NCBI GenBank assembly: GCA_964057225.1 | Contig: OZ059897.1 | Location: 21,018,001-21,082,000 of the forward strand | Source of the DNA: Auanema rhodensis | Taxonomy: Eukaryota; Animalia; Nematoda | Direction: 5' to 3' | DNA: 64,000 nt | Shown: one piece after another, positions 1 through 10,881 of the stretch | Layout of the letters: every line of letters begins with the position of its first letter | Numbering within the stretch: position 1 is the first letter of the stretch | Made by a program: the position numbers and the translations under genes | Notes under the pieces: model-generated | The model's input: only the letters and a program-made list of their open reading frames with translations | Told to the model about the DNA's origin: nothing | Database searches by the model: none

Positions 1-91
1 AAGTAGATGTTTTAAGATTCCATTTTTCAAGGCTAAGACGATGGACAATGTTATTCAACGAAAAAATTAATTCTTCAGGGTGAAAATCGAG

Positions 92-113
92 GATATAAGT
101 GTGAACTTATATC
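92..113. repeat. Perfect 9-bp inverted repeat with 4-nt GTGA loop (in most monomers)
   Basis: GATATAAGT (92-100) - GTGA - ACTTATATC (105-113). Overlaps a second dyad, ATATCA-GT-TGATAT (109-122). Confidence 0.95.
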
Positions 114-264
114 AGTTGATATCTCGGTGCATTTTTAAGCTAGCTCAAATCTGATAACACAGATCGACGCAGCTTAAAAATCCGCATCGAATGCACTATA
201 CTACATTGAGAAACGCTTAATACAAAAATTAGTTATGATCGTTTGAAAAATGATGCATTAGTGT

Positions 265-292
265 ATGTTGAGTTTCCATGTACACTCAACAT
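265..292. repeat. Perfect 9-bp inverted repeat with 10-nt loop (in most monomers)
   Basis: ATGTTGAGT (265-273) - TTCCATGTAC - ACTCAACAT (284-292). Confidence 0.95.
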
Positions 293-305
293 TGCTTCCA
301 AAAAC

Positions 306-340
306 ATTTTGACAAAAATTTTTTCGAAAAATTTCAAAAT
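306..340. repeat. A/T-tract block with central 12-bp palindrome
   Basis: TTTTTCGAAAAA (320-331) is a perfect palindrome, flanked by inverted ATTTTGA (306-312) / TCAAAAT (334-340). Confidence 0.9.
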
Positions 341-474
341 AATTTAGCAAAAAGTAGATGTTTTTAGATTCCATTTTTCAAGGCAAAGACGATAGACAAT
401 GTTATTCAACGAAAAAATTAATTCTTCAGGGTGAAAATCGAGGATATAAGTGTGAACTTATATCAGTTGATATC

Positions 475-541
475 TCGGTGCATTTTTAAGCTAGCGCAAA
501 TCTGATAACACAGATCGACGCAGCTTAAAAATCCGCATCGA
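475..541. repeat. 67-nt imperfect inverted repeat / long hairpin (pos 124-190, shown in M2)
   Basis: ATTTTTAAGCT (pos 131-141) pairs perfectly with AGCTTAAAAAT (171-181). Inner GCG/CGC and ATCTG/CAGAT close an ATAACA loop. Outer TCGGTGC/GCATCGA pairs with one G-T after a CC bulge. Confidence 0.92.
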
Positions 542-3500
542 ATGCACTATACTACATTGAGAAACGCTTAATACAAAAATTAGTTATGATCGTTTGAAAA
601 ATGATGCATTAGTGTATGTTGAGTTTCCATGTACACTCAACATTGCTTCCAAAAACATTTTGACAAAAATTTTTTCGAAAAATTTCAAAATAATTTACCA
701 AAAAGTAGATGTTTTTAGATTCCATTTTTCAAGGCAAAGACGATAGACAATGTTATTCAACGAAAAAGTTAATTCTTCAGGGTGAAAATCGAGGATATAA
801 GTGTGAACTTATATCAGTTGATATCTCGGTGCATTTTTAAGCTAGCGCAAATCTGATAACACAGATCTACGCAGCTTAAAAATCCGCATCGAATGCACTA
901 TATTACATTGAGAAACACTTGATACAAAAATTAGTTATGATCGTTTGAAAAATGATGCATTAGTGTATGTTGAGTTTCCATGTACACTCAACATTGCTTC
1001 CAAAAACATTTTGACAAAAATTTTTTCGAAAAATTTCAAAATAATTTAGCAAAAAGTAAATGTTTTAAGATTCCATTTTTCAAGGCAAAGACGATGGACA
1101 ATGTTATTCAACGAAAAAATTAATTCTTCAGGGTGAAAATCGAGGATATAAGTGTGAACTTATATCAGTTGATATCTCGGTGCATTTTTAAGCTAGCGCA
1201 AATCTGATAACACAGATCGACGCAGCTTAAAAATCCGCATCGAATGCACTATACTACATTGAGAAACACTTGATACAAAAATTAGTTATGATCGTTTGAA
1301 AAATGATGCATTAGTGTATGTTGAGTTTCCATGTACACTCAACATTGCTTCCAAAAACATTTTGACAAAAATTTTTTCGAAAAATTTCAAAATAATTTAG
1401 CAAAAAGTAGATGTTTTAAGATTCCATTTTTCAAGGCAAAGACGATGGACAATGTTATTCAACGAAAAAATTAATTCTTCAGGGTGAAAATCGAGGATAT
1501 AAGTGTGAACTTATATCAGTTGATATCTCGGTGCATTTTTAAGCTAGCGCAAATCTGATAACACAGATCGACGCAGCTTAAAAATCCGCATCGAATGCAC
1601 TATATTACATTGAGAAACACTTGATACAAAAATTAGTTATGATCGTTTGAAAAATGATGCATTAGTGTATGTTGAGTTTCCATGTACACTCAACATTGCT
1701 TCCAAAAACATTTTGACAAAAATTTTTTCGAAAAATTTCAAAATAATTTAGCAAAAAGTAGATGTTTTAAGATTCCATTTTTCAAGGCTAAGACGATGGA
1801 CAATGTTATTCAACGAAAAAATTAATTCTTCAGGGTGAAAATCGAGGATATAAGTGTGAACTTATATCAGTTGATATCTCGGTGCATTTTTAAGCTAGCT
1901 CAAATCTGATAACACAGATCGACGCAGCTTAAAAATCCGCATCGAATGCACTATACTACATTGAGAAACGCTTAATACAAAAATTAGTTATGATCGTTTG
2001 AAAAATGATGCATTAGTGTATGTTGAGTTTCCATGTACACTCAACATTGCTTCCAAAAACATTTTGACAAAAATTTTTTCGAAAAATTTCAAAATAATTT
2101 AGCAAAAAGTAGATGTTTTTAGATTCCATTTTTCAAGGCAAAGACGATAGACAATGTTATTCAACGAAAAAATTAATTCTTCAGGGTGAAAATCGAGGAT
2201 ATAAGTGTGAACTTATATCAGTTGATATCTCGGTGCATTTTTAAGCTAGCGCAAATCTGATAACACAGATCGACGCAGCTTAAAAATCCGCATCGAATGC
2301 ACTATACTACATTGAGAAACGCTTAATACAAAAATTAGTTATGATCGTTTGAAAAATGATGCATTAGTGTATGTTGAGTTTCCATGTACACTCAACATTG
2401 CTTCCAAAAACATTTTGACAAAAATTTTTTCGAAAAATTTCAAAATAATTTACCAAAAAGTAGATGTTTTTAGATTCCATTTTTCAAGGCAAAGACGATA
2501 GACAATGTTATTCAACGAAAAAGTTAATTCTTCAGGGTGAAAATCGAGGATATAAGTGTGAACTTATATCAGTTGATATCTCGGTGCATTTTTAAGCTAG
2601 CGCAAATCTGATAACACAGATCTACGCAGCTTAAAAATCCGCATCGAATGCACTATATTACATTGAGAAACACTTGATACAAAAATTAGTTATGATCGTT
2701 TGAAAAATGATGCATTAGTGTATGTTGAGTTTCCATGTACACTCAACATTGCTTCCAAAAACATTTTGACAAAAATTTTTTCGAAAAATTTCAAAATAAT
2801 TTAGCAAAAAGTAGATGTTTTAAGATTCCATTTTTCAAGGCAAAGACGATGGACAATGTTATTCAACGAAAAAATTAATTCTTCAGGGTGAAAATCGAGG
2901 ATATAAGTGTGAACTTATATCAGTTGATATCTCGGTGCATTTTTAAGCTAGCGCAAATCTGATAACACAGATCGACGCAGCTTAAAAATCCGCATCGAAT
3001 GCACTATACTACATTGAGAAACACTTGATACAAAAATTAGTTATGATCGTTTGAAAAATGATGCATTAGTGTATGTTGAGTTTCCATGTACACTCAACAT
3101 TGCTTCCAAAAACATTTTGACAAAAATTTTTTCGAAAAATTTCAAAATAATTTAGCAAAAAGTAGATGTTTTAAGATTCCATTTTTCAAGGCAAAGACGA
3201 TGGACAATGTTATTCAACGAAAAAATTAATTCTTCAGGGTGAAAATCGAGGATATAAGTGTGAACTTATATCAGTTGATATCTCGGTGCATTTTTAAGCT
3301 AGCGCAAATCTGATAACACAGATCGACGCAGCTTAAAAATCCGCATCGAATGCACTATACTACATTAAGAAACGCTTGATACAAAAATTAGTTATGATCG
3401 TTTGAAAAATGATGCATTAGTGTATGTTGAGTTTCCATGTACACTCAACATTGCTTCCAAAAACATTTTGACAAAAATTTTTTCGAAAAATTTCAAAATA

Positions 3501-6500
3501 ATTTAGCAAAAAGTAGATGTTTTTAGATTCCATTTTTCAAGGCAAAGACGATAGACAATGTTATTCAACGAAAAAATTAATTCTTCAGGGTGAAAATCGA
3601 GGATATAAGTGTGAACTTATATCAGTTGATATCTCGGTGCATTTTTAAGCTAGCGCAAATCTGATAACACAGATCGACGCAGCTTAAAAATCCGCATCGA
3701 ATGCACTATATTACATTGAGAAACACTTGATACAAAAATTAGTTATGATCGTTTGAAAAATGATGCATTAGTGTATGTTGAGTTTCCATGTACACTCAAC
3801 ATTGCTTCCAAAAACATTTTGACAAAAATTTTTTCGAAAAATTTCAAAATAATTTAGCAAAAAGTAGATGTTTTTAGATTCCTGTTTTCAAGGCAAAGAC
3901 GATGGACAATGTTATTCAACGAAAAAATTAATTCTTCAGGGTGAAAATCGAGGATATAAGTGTGAACTTATATCAGTTGATATCTCGGTGCATTTTTAAG
4001 CTAGCGCAAATCTGAAAACACAGATCGACGCAGCTTAAAAATCCGCATCGAATGCACTATACTACATTGAGAAAAACTTAATACAAAAATTAGTTATGAT
4101 CGTTTGAAAAATGATGCATTAGTGTATGTTGAGTTTCCATGTACACTCAACATTGCTTCCAAAAACATTTTGACAAAAATTTTTTCGAAAAATTTCAAAA
4201 TAATTTAGCAAAAAGTAGATGTTTTTAGATTCCATTTTTCAAGGCAAAGACGATGGACAATGTTATTCAACGAAAAAATTGATTCTTCAGGGTGAAAATC
4301 GAGGATATAAGTGTGAACTTATATCAGTTGATATCTCGGTGCATTTTTAAGCTAGCGCAAATCTGATAACACAGATCGACGCAGCTTAAAAATCCGCATC
4401 GAATGCACTATACTACATTGAGAAAAGCTTAATACAAAAATTAGTTATGATCGTTTGAAAAATGATGCATTAGTGTATGTTGAGTTTCCATGTACACTCA
4501 ACATTGCTTCCAAAAACATTTTGACAAAAATTTTTTCGAAAAATTTCAAAATAATTTAGCAAAAAGTAGATGTTTTAAGATTCCATTTTTCAAGGCAAAG
4601 ACGATGGACAATGTTATTCAACGAAAAAATTAATTCTTCAGGGTGAAAATCGAGGATATAAGTGTGAACTTATATCAGTTGATATCTCGGTGCATTTTTA
4701 AGCTAGCGCAAATCTGATAACACAGATCGACGCAGCTTAAAAATCCGCATCGAATGCACTATACTACATTAAGAAACGCTTGATACAAAAATTAGTTATG
4801 ATCGTTTGAAAAATGATGCATTAGTGTATGTTGAGTTTCCATGTACACTCAACATTGCTTCCAAAAACATTTTGACAAAAATTTTTTCGAAAAATTTCAA
4901 AATAATTTAGCAAAAAGTAGATGTTTTTAGATTCCATTTTTCAAGGCAAAGACGATAGACAATGTTATTCAACGAAAAAATTAATTCTTCAGGGTGAAAA
5001 TCGAGGATATAAGTGTGAACTTATATCAGTTGATATCTCGGTGCATTTTTAAGCTAGCGCAAATCTGATAACACAGATCGACGCAGCTTAAAAATCCGCA
5101 TCGAATGCACTATATTACATTGAGAAACACTTGATACAAAAATTAGTTATGATTGTTTGAAAAATGATGCATTAGTGTATGTTGAGTTTCCATGTACACT
5201 CAACATTGCTTCCAAAAACATTTTGACAAAAATTTTTTCGAAAAATTTCAAAATAATTTAGCAAAAAGTAGATGTTTTAAGATTCCATTTTTCAAGGCAA
5301 AGACGATGGACAATGTTATTCAACGAAAAAATTAATTCTTCAGGGTGAAAATCGAGGATATAAGTGTGAACTTATATCAGTTGATATCTCGGTGCATTTT
5401 TAAGCTAGCGCAAATCTGATAACACAGATCGACGCAGCTTAAAAATCCGCATCGAATGCACTATACTACATTGAAAAACGCTTAATACAAAAATTAGTTA
5501 TGATCGTTTGAAAAATGATGCATTAGTGTATGTTGAGTTTCCATGTACACTCAACATTGCTTCCAAAAACATTTTGACAAAAATTTTTTCGAAAAATTTC
5601 AAAATAATTTAGCAAAAAGTAGATGTTTTTAGATTCGATTTTTCAAGGCAAAGACGATGGACAATGTTATTCAACGAAAAAATTAATTCTTCAGGGTGAA
5701 AATCGAGGATATAAGTGTGAACTTATATCAGTTGATATCTCGGTGCATTTTTAAGCTAGCGCAAATCTGATAACACAGATCGACGCAGCTTAAAAATCCG
5801 CATCGAATGCACTATATTACATTGAGAAACACTTGATACAAAAATTAGTTATGATTGTTTGAAAAATGATGCATTAGTGTATGTTGAGTTTCCATGTACA
5901 CTCAACATTGCTTCCAAAAACATTTTGACAAAAATTTTTTCGAAAAATTTCAAAATAATTTAGCAAAAAGTAGATGTTTTAAGATTCCATTTTTCAAGGC
6001 AAAGACGATGGACAATGTTATTCAACGAAAAAATTAATTCTTCAGGGTGAAAATCGAGGATATAAGTGTGAACTTATATCAGTTGATATCTCGGTGCATT
6101 TTTAAGCTAGCGCAAATCTGATAACACAGATCGACGCAGCTTAAAAATCCGCATCGAATGCACTATACTACATTGAAAAACGCTTAATACAAAAATTAGT
6201 TATGATCGTTTGAAAAATGATGCATTAGTGTATGTTGAGTTTCCATGTACACTCAACATTGCTTCCAAAAACATTTTGACAAAAATTTTTTCGAAAAATT
6301 TCAAAATAATTTAGCAAAAAGTAGATGTTTTTAGATTCCATTTTTCAAGGCAAAGACGATAGACAATGTTATTCAACGAAAAAATTAATTCTTCAGGGTG
6401 AAAATCGAGGATATAAGTGTGAACTTATATCAGTTGATATCTCGGTGCATTTTTAAGCTAGCGCAAATCTGATAACACAGATCGACGCAGCTTAAAAATC

Positions 6501-9477
6501 CGCATCGAATGCACTATACTACATTGAAAAACGCTTAATACAAAAATTAGTTATGATCGTTTGAAAAATGATGCATTAGTGTATGTTGAGTTTCCATGTA
6601 CACTCAACATTGCTTCCAAAAACATTTTGACAAAAATTTTTTCGAAAAATTTCAAAATAATTTAGCAAAAAGTAGATGTTTTTAGATTCCATTTTTCAAG
6701 GCAAAGACGATAGACAATGTTATTCAACGAAAAAATTAATTCTTCAGGGTGAAAATCGAGGATATAAGTGTGAACTTATATCAGTTGATATCTCGGTGCA
6801 TTTTTAAGCTAGCGCAAATCTGATAACACAGATCGACGCAGCTTAAAAATCCGCATCGAATGCACTATATTACATTGAGAAACACTTGATACAAAAATTA
6901 GTTATGATTGTTTGAAAAATGATGCATTAGTGTATGTTGAGTTTCCATGTACACTCAACATTGCTTCCAAAAACATTTTGACAAAAATTTTTTCGAAAAA
7001 TTTCAAAATAATTTAGCAAAAAGTAGATGTTTTAAGATTCCATTTTTCAAGGCAAAGACGATGGACAATGTTATTCAACGAAAAAGTTAATTCTTCAGGG
7101 TGAAAATCGAGGATATAAGTGTGAACTTATATCAGTTGATATCTCGGTGCATTTTTAAGCTAGCGCAAATCTGATAACACAGATCGACGCAGCTTAAAAA
7201 TCCGCATCGAATGCACTATACTACATTGAAAAACGCTTAATACAAAAATTAGTTATGATCGTTTGAAAAATGATGCATTAGTGTATGTTGAGTTTCCATG
7301 TACACTCAACATTGCTTCCAAAAACATTTTGACAAAAATTTTTTCGAAAAATTTCAAAATAATTTAGCAAAAAGTAGATGTTTTTAGATTCGATTTTTCA
7401 AGGCAAAGACGATGGACAATGTTATTCAACGAAAAAATTAATTCTTCAGGGTGAAAATCGAGGATATAAGTGTGAACTTATATCAGTTGATATCTCGGTG
7501 CATTTTTAAGCTAGCGCAAATCTGATAACACAGATCGACGCAGCTTAAAAATCCGCATCGAATGCACTATACTACATTGAGAAAAGCTTAATACAAAAAT
7601 TAGTTATGATCGTTTGAAAAATGATGCATTAGTGTATGTTGAGTTTCCATGTACACTCAACATTGCTTCCAAAAACATTTTGACAAAAATTTTTTCGAAA
7701 AATTTCAAAATAATTTAGCAAAAAGTAGATGTTTTTAGATTCCTTTTTTCAAGGCAAAGACGATGGACAATGTTATTCAACGAAAAAATTATTTCTTCAG
7801 GGTGAAAATCGAGGATATAAGTGTGAACTTATATCAGTTGATATCTCGGTGCATTTTTGAGCTAGCGCAAATCTGATAACACAGATCGACGCAGCTTAAA
7901 AATCCGCATCGAATGCACTATACTACATTGAAAAACGCTTGATACAAAAATTAGTTATGATCGTTTGAAAAATGATGCATTAGTGTATGTTGAGTTTCCA
8001 TGTACACTCAACATTGCTTCCAAAAACATTTTGACAAAAATTTTTTCGAAAAATTTCAAAATAATTTAGCAAAAAGTAGATGTTTTTAGATTCCTTTTTT
8101 CAAGGCAAAGACGATAGACAATGTTATTCAACGAAAAAGTTAATTCTTCAGGGTGAAAATCGAGGATATAAGTGTGAACTTATATCAGTTGATATCTCGG
8201 TGCATTTTTAAGCTAGCGCAAATCTGATAACACAGATCTACGCAGCTTAAAAATCCGCATCGAATGCACTATATTACATTGAGAAACACTTGATACAAAA
8301 ATTAGTTATGATCGTTTGAAAAATGATGCATTAGTGTATGTTGAGTTTCCATGTACACTCAACATTGCTTCCAAAAACATTTTGACAAAAATTTTTTCGA
8401 AAAATTTCAAAATAATTTAGCAAAAAGTAGATGTTTTTAGATTCCTTTTTTCAAGGCAAAGACGATGGACAATGTTATTCAACGAAAAAATTATTTCTTC
8501 AGGGTGAAAATCGAGGATATAAGTGTGAACTTATATCAGTTGATATCTCGGTGCATTTTTAAGCTAGCGCAAATCTGATAACACAGATCGACGCAGCTTA
8601 AAAATCCGCATCGAATGCACTATACTACATTGAAAAACGCTTGATACAAAAATTAGTTATGATCGTTTGAAAAATGATGCATTAGTGTATGTTGAGTTTC
8701 CATGTACACTCAACATTGCTTCCAAAAACATTTTGACAAAAATTTTTTCGAAAAATTTCAAAATAATTTAGCAAAAAGTAGATGTTTTTAGATTCCTTTT
8801 TTCAAGGCAAAGACGATGGACAATGTTATTCAACGAAAAAATTATTTCTTCAGGGTGAAAATCGAGGATATAAGAGTGAACTTATATCAGTTGATATCTC
8901 GGTGCATTTTTAAGCTAGCGCAAATCTGATAACACAGATCGACGCAGCTTAAAAATCCGCATCGAATGCACTATACTACATTGAGAAACGCTTAATACAA
9001 AAATTAGTTATGATCGTTTGAAAAATGATGCATTAGTGTATGTTGAGTTTCCATGTACACTCAACATTGCTTCCAAAAACATTTTGACAAAAATTTTTTC
9101 GAAAAATTTCAAAATAATTTAGCAAAAAGTAGATGTTTTTAGATTCCATTTTTCAAGGCAAAGACGATAGACAATGTTATTCAACGAAAAAGTTAATTCT
9201 TCAGGGTGAAAATCGAGGATATAAGTGTGAACTTATATCAGTTGATATCTCGGTGCATTTTTAAGCTAGCGCAAATCTGATAACACAGATCTACGCAGCT
9301 TAAAAATCCGCATCGAATGCACTATATTACATTGAGAAACACTTGATACAAAAATTAGTTATGATCGTTTGAAAAATGATGCATTAGTGTATGTTGAGTT
9401 TCCATGTACACTCAACATTGCTTCCAAAAACATTTTGACAAAAATTTTTTCGAAAAATTTCAAAATAATTTAGCAAA

Positions 9478-10881
9478 AAGTAAATGTTTTAAGATTCCAT
9501 TTTTCAAGGCAAAGACGATGGACAATGTTATTCAACGAAAAAATTAATTCTTCAGGGTGAAAATCGAGGATATAAGTGTGAACTTATATCAGTTGATATC
9601 TCGGTGCATTTTTAAGCTAGCGCAAATCTGATAACACAGATCGACGCAGCTTAAAAATCCGGATCGAATGCACTATACCACATTGAGAAACGCTTAATAC
9701 AAAAATTAGTTATGATCGTTTGAAAAATGATGCATTAGTGTATGTTGAGTTTCCATGTACACTCAACATTGCTTCCAAAAACATTTTGACAAAAATTTTT
9801 TCGAAAAATTTCAAAATAATTTAGCAAAAAGTAGATGTTTTTAGATTCCATTTTTCAAGGCAAAGACGATACACAATGTTATTCAACGAAAAAGTTAATT
9901 CTTCAGGGTGAAAATCGAGGATATAAGTGTGAACTTATATCAGTTGATATCTCGGTGCATTTTTAAGCTAGCGCAAATCTGATAACACAGATCGACGCAG
10001 CTTAAAAATCCGCATCGAATGCACTATACTACATTGAAAAACGCTTAATACAAAAATTAGTTATGATCGTTTGAAAAATGATGCATTAGTGTATGTTGAG
10101 TTTCCATGTACACTCAACATTGCTTCCAAAAACATTTTGACAAAAATTTTTTCGAAAAATTTCAAAATAATTTAGCAAAAAGTAAATGTTTTAAGATTCC
10201 ATTTTTCAAGGCAAAGACGATGGACAATGTTATTCAACGAAAAAATTAATTCTTCAGGGTGAAAATCGAGGATATAAGTGTGAACTTATATCAGTTGATA
10301 TCTCGGTGCATTTTTAAGCTAGCGCAAATCTGATAACACAGATCGACGCAGCTTAAAAATCCGGATCGAATGCACTATACTACATTGAGAAACGCTTAAT
10401 ACAAAAATTAGTTATGATCGTTTGAAAAATGATGCATTAGTGTATGTTGAGTTTCCATGTACACTCAACATTGCTTCCAAAAACATTTTGACAAAAATTT
10501 TTTCGAAAAATTTCAAAATAATTTAGCAAAAAGTAGATGTTTTTAGATTCCATTTTTCAAGGCAAAGACGATACACAATGTTATTCAACGAAAAAGTTAA
10601 TTCTTCAGGGTGAAAATCGAGGATATAAGTGTGAACTTATATCAGTTGATATCTCGGTGCATTTTTAAGCTAGCGCAAATCTGATAACACAGATCGACGC
10701 AGCTTAAAAATCCGCATCGAATGCACTATACTACATTGAAAAACGCTTAATACAAAAATTAGTTATGATCGTTTGAAAAATGATGCATTAGTGTATGTTG
10801 AGTTTCCATGTACACTCAACATTGCTTCCAAAAACATTTTGACAAAAATTTTTTCGAAAAATTTCAAAATAATTTAGCAAA
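9478..10881 (+). repeat. 2-monomer (702-bp) local duplication (M28-29, M30-31)
   Basis: GTAAATG+TCCGGA monomer followed by the private GATACAC monomer, twice. Confidence 0.85.

Larger units (their letters stand above)
1..351 (+). repeat. Reference monomer M1 (phase set arbitrarily by the window start)
   Basis: Consensus has about 110 G+C in 351 bp (hand count). Single consensus sites: EcoRV GATATC (118-123), NheI GCTAGC (139-144), NsiI ATGCAT (253-258), BsrGI TGTACA (279-284), BstBI TTCGAA (323-328). Confidence 0.98.
1..3159 (+). repeat. 5-monomer (1755-bp) higher-order repeat, about 1.8 copies (M1-5, M6-9)
   Basis: GGCTAAG+GCTAGCTC in M1 and M6, TTTACC end in M2 and M7, AAAAGTT+GATCTAC in M3 and M8. 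Confidence 0.88.

Noticed and set aside
131-181. Rho-independent terminator
   Set aside because: AT-rich stem with no upstream gene and no separate U-tract, in a satellite context.
322-338. CENP-B box
   Set aside because: TTCG....A matches, but the essential CGGG is absent (TCAA instead).
1-351. Tandem 5S rRNA, tRNA, snRNA or spliced-leader gene unit
   Set aside because: No recognisable 5S or tRNA sequence, cloverleaf, Pol III B-box (GTTCRANNC) or known leader sequence.
1-351. Assignment to a named satellite such as Drosophila 1.688 (359 bp) or the Tribolium 340-360-bp satellites
   Set aside because: Length, AT content and dyads are similar in kind, but I cannot recognise sequence identity. 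BLASTN against nt and Dfam is needed.
8465-8578. 37-codon ORF MDNVIQRKNYFFRVKIEDISVNLYQLISRCIFKLAQI opened by the pos-70 A>T allele (example in M25)
   Set aside because: Short, present only in a subset of monomers, no recognisable motif, and expected by chance.
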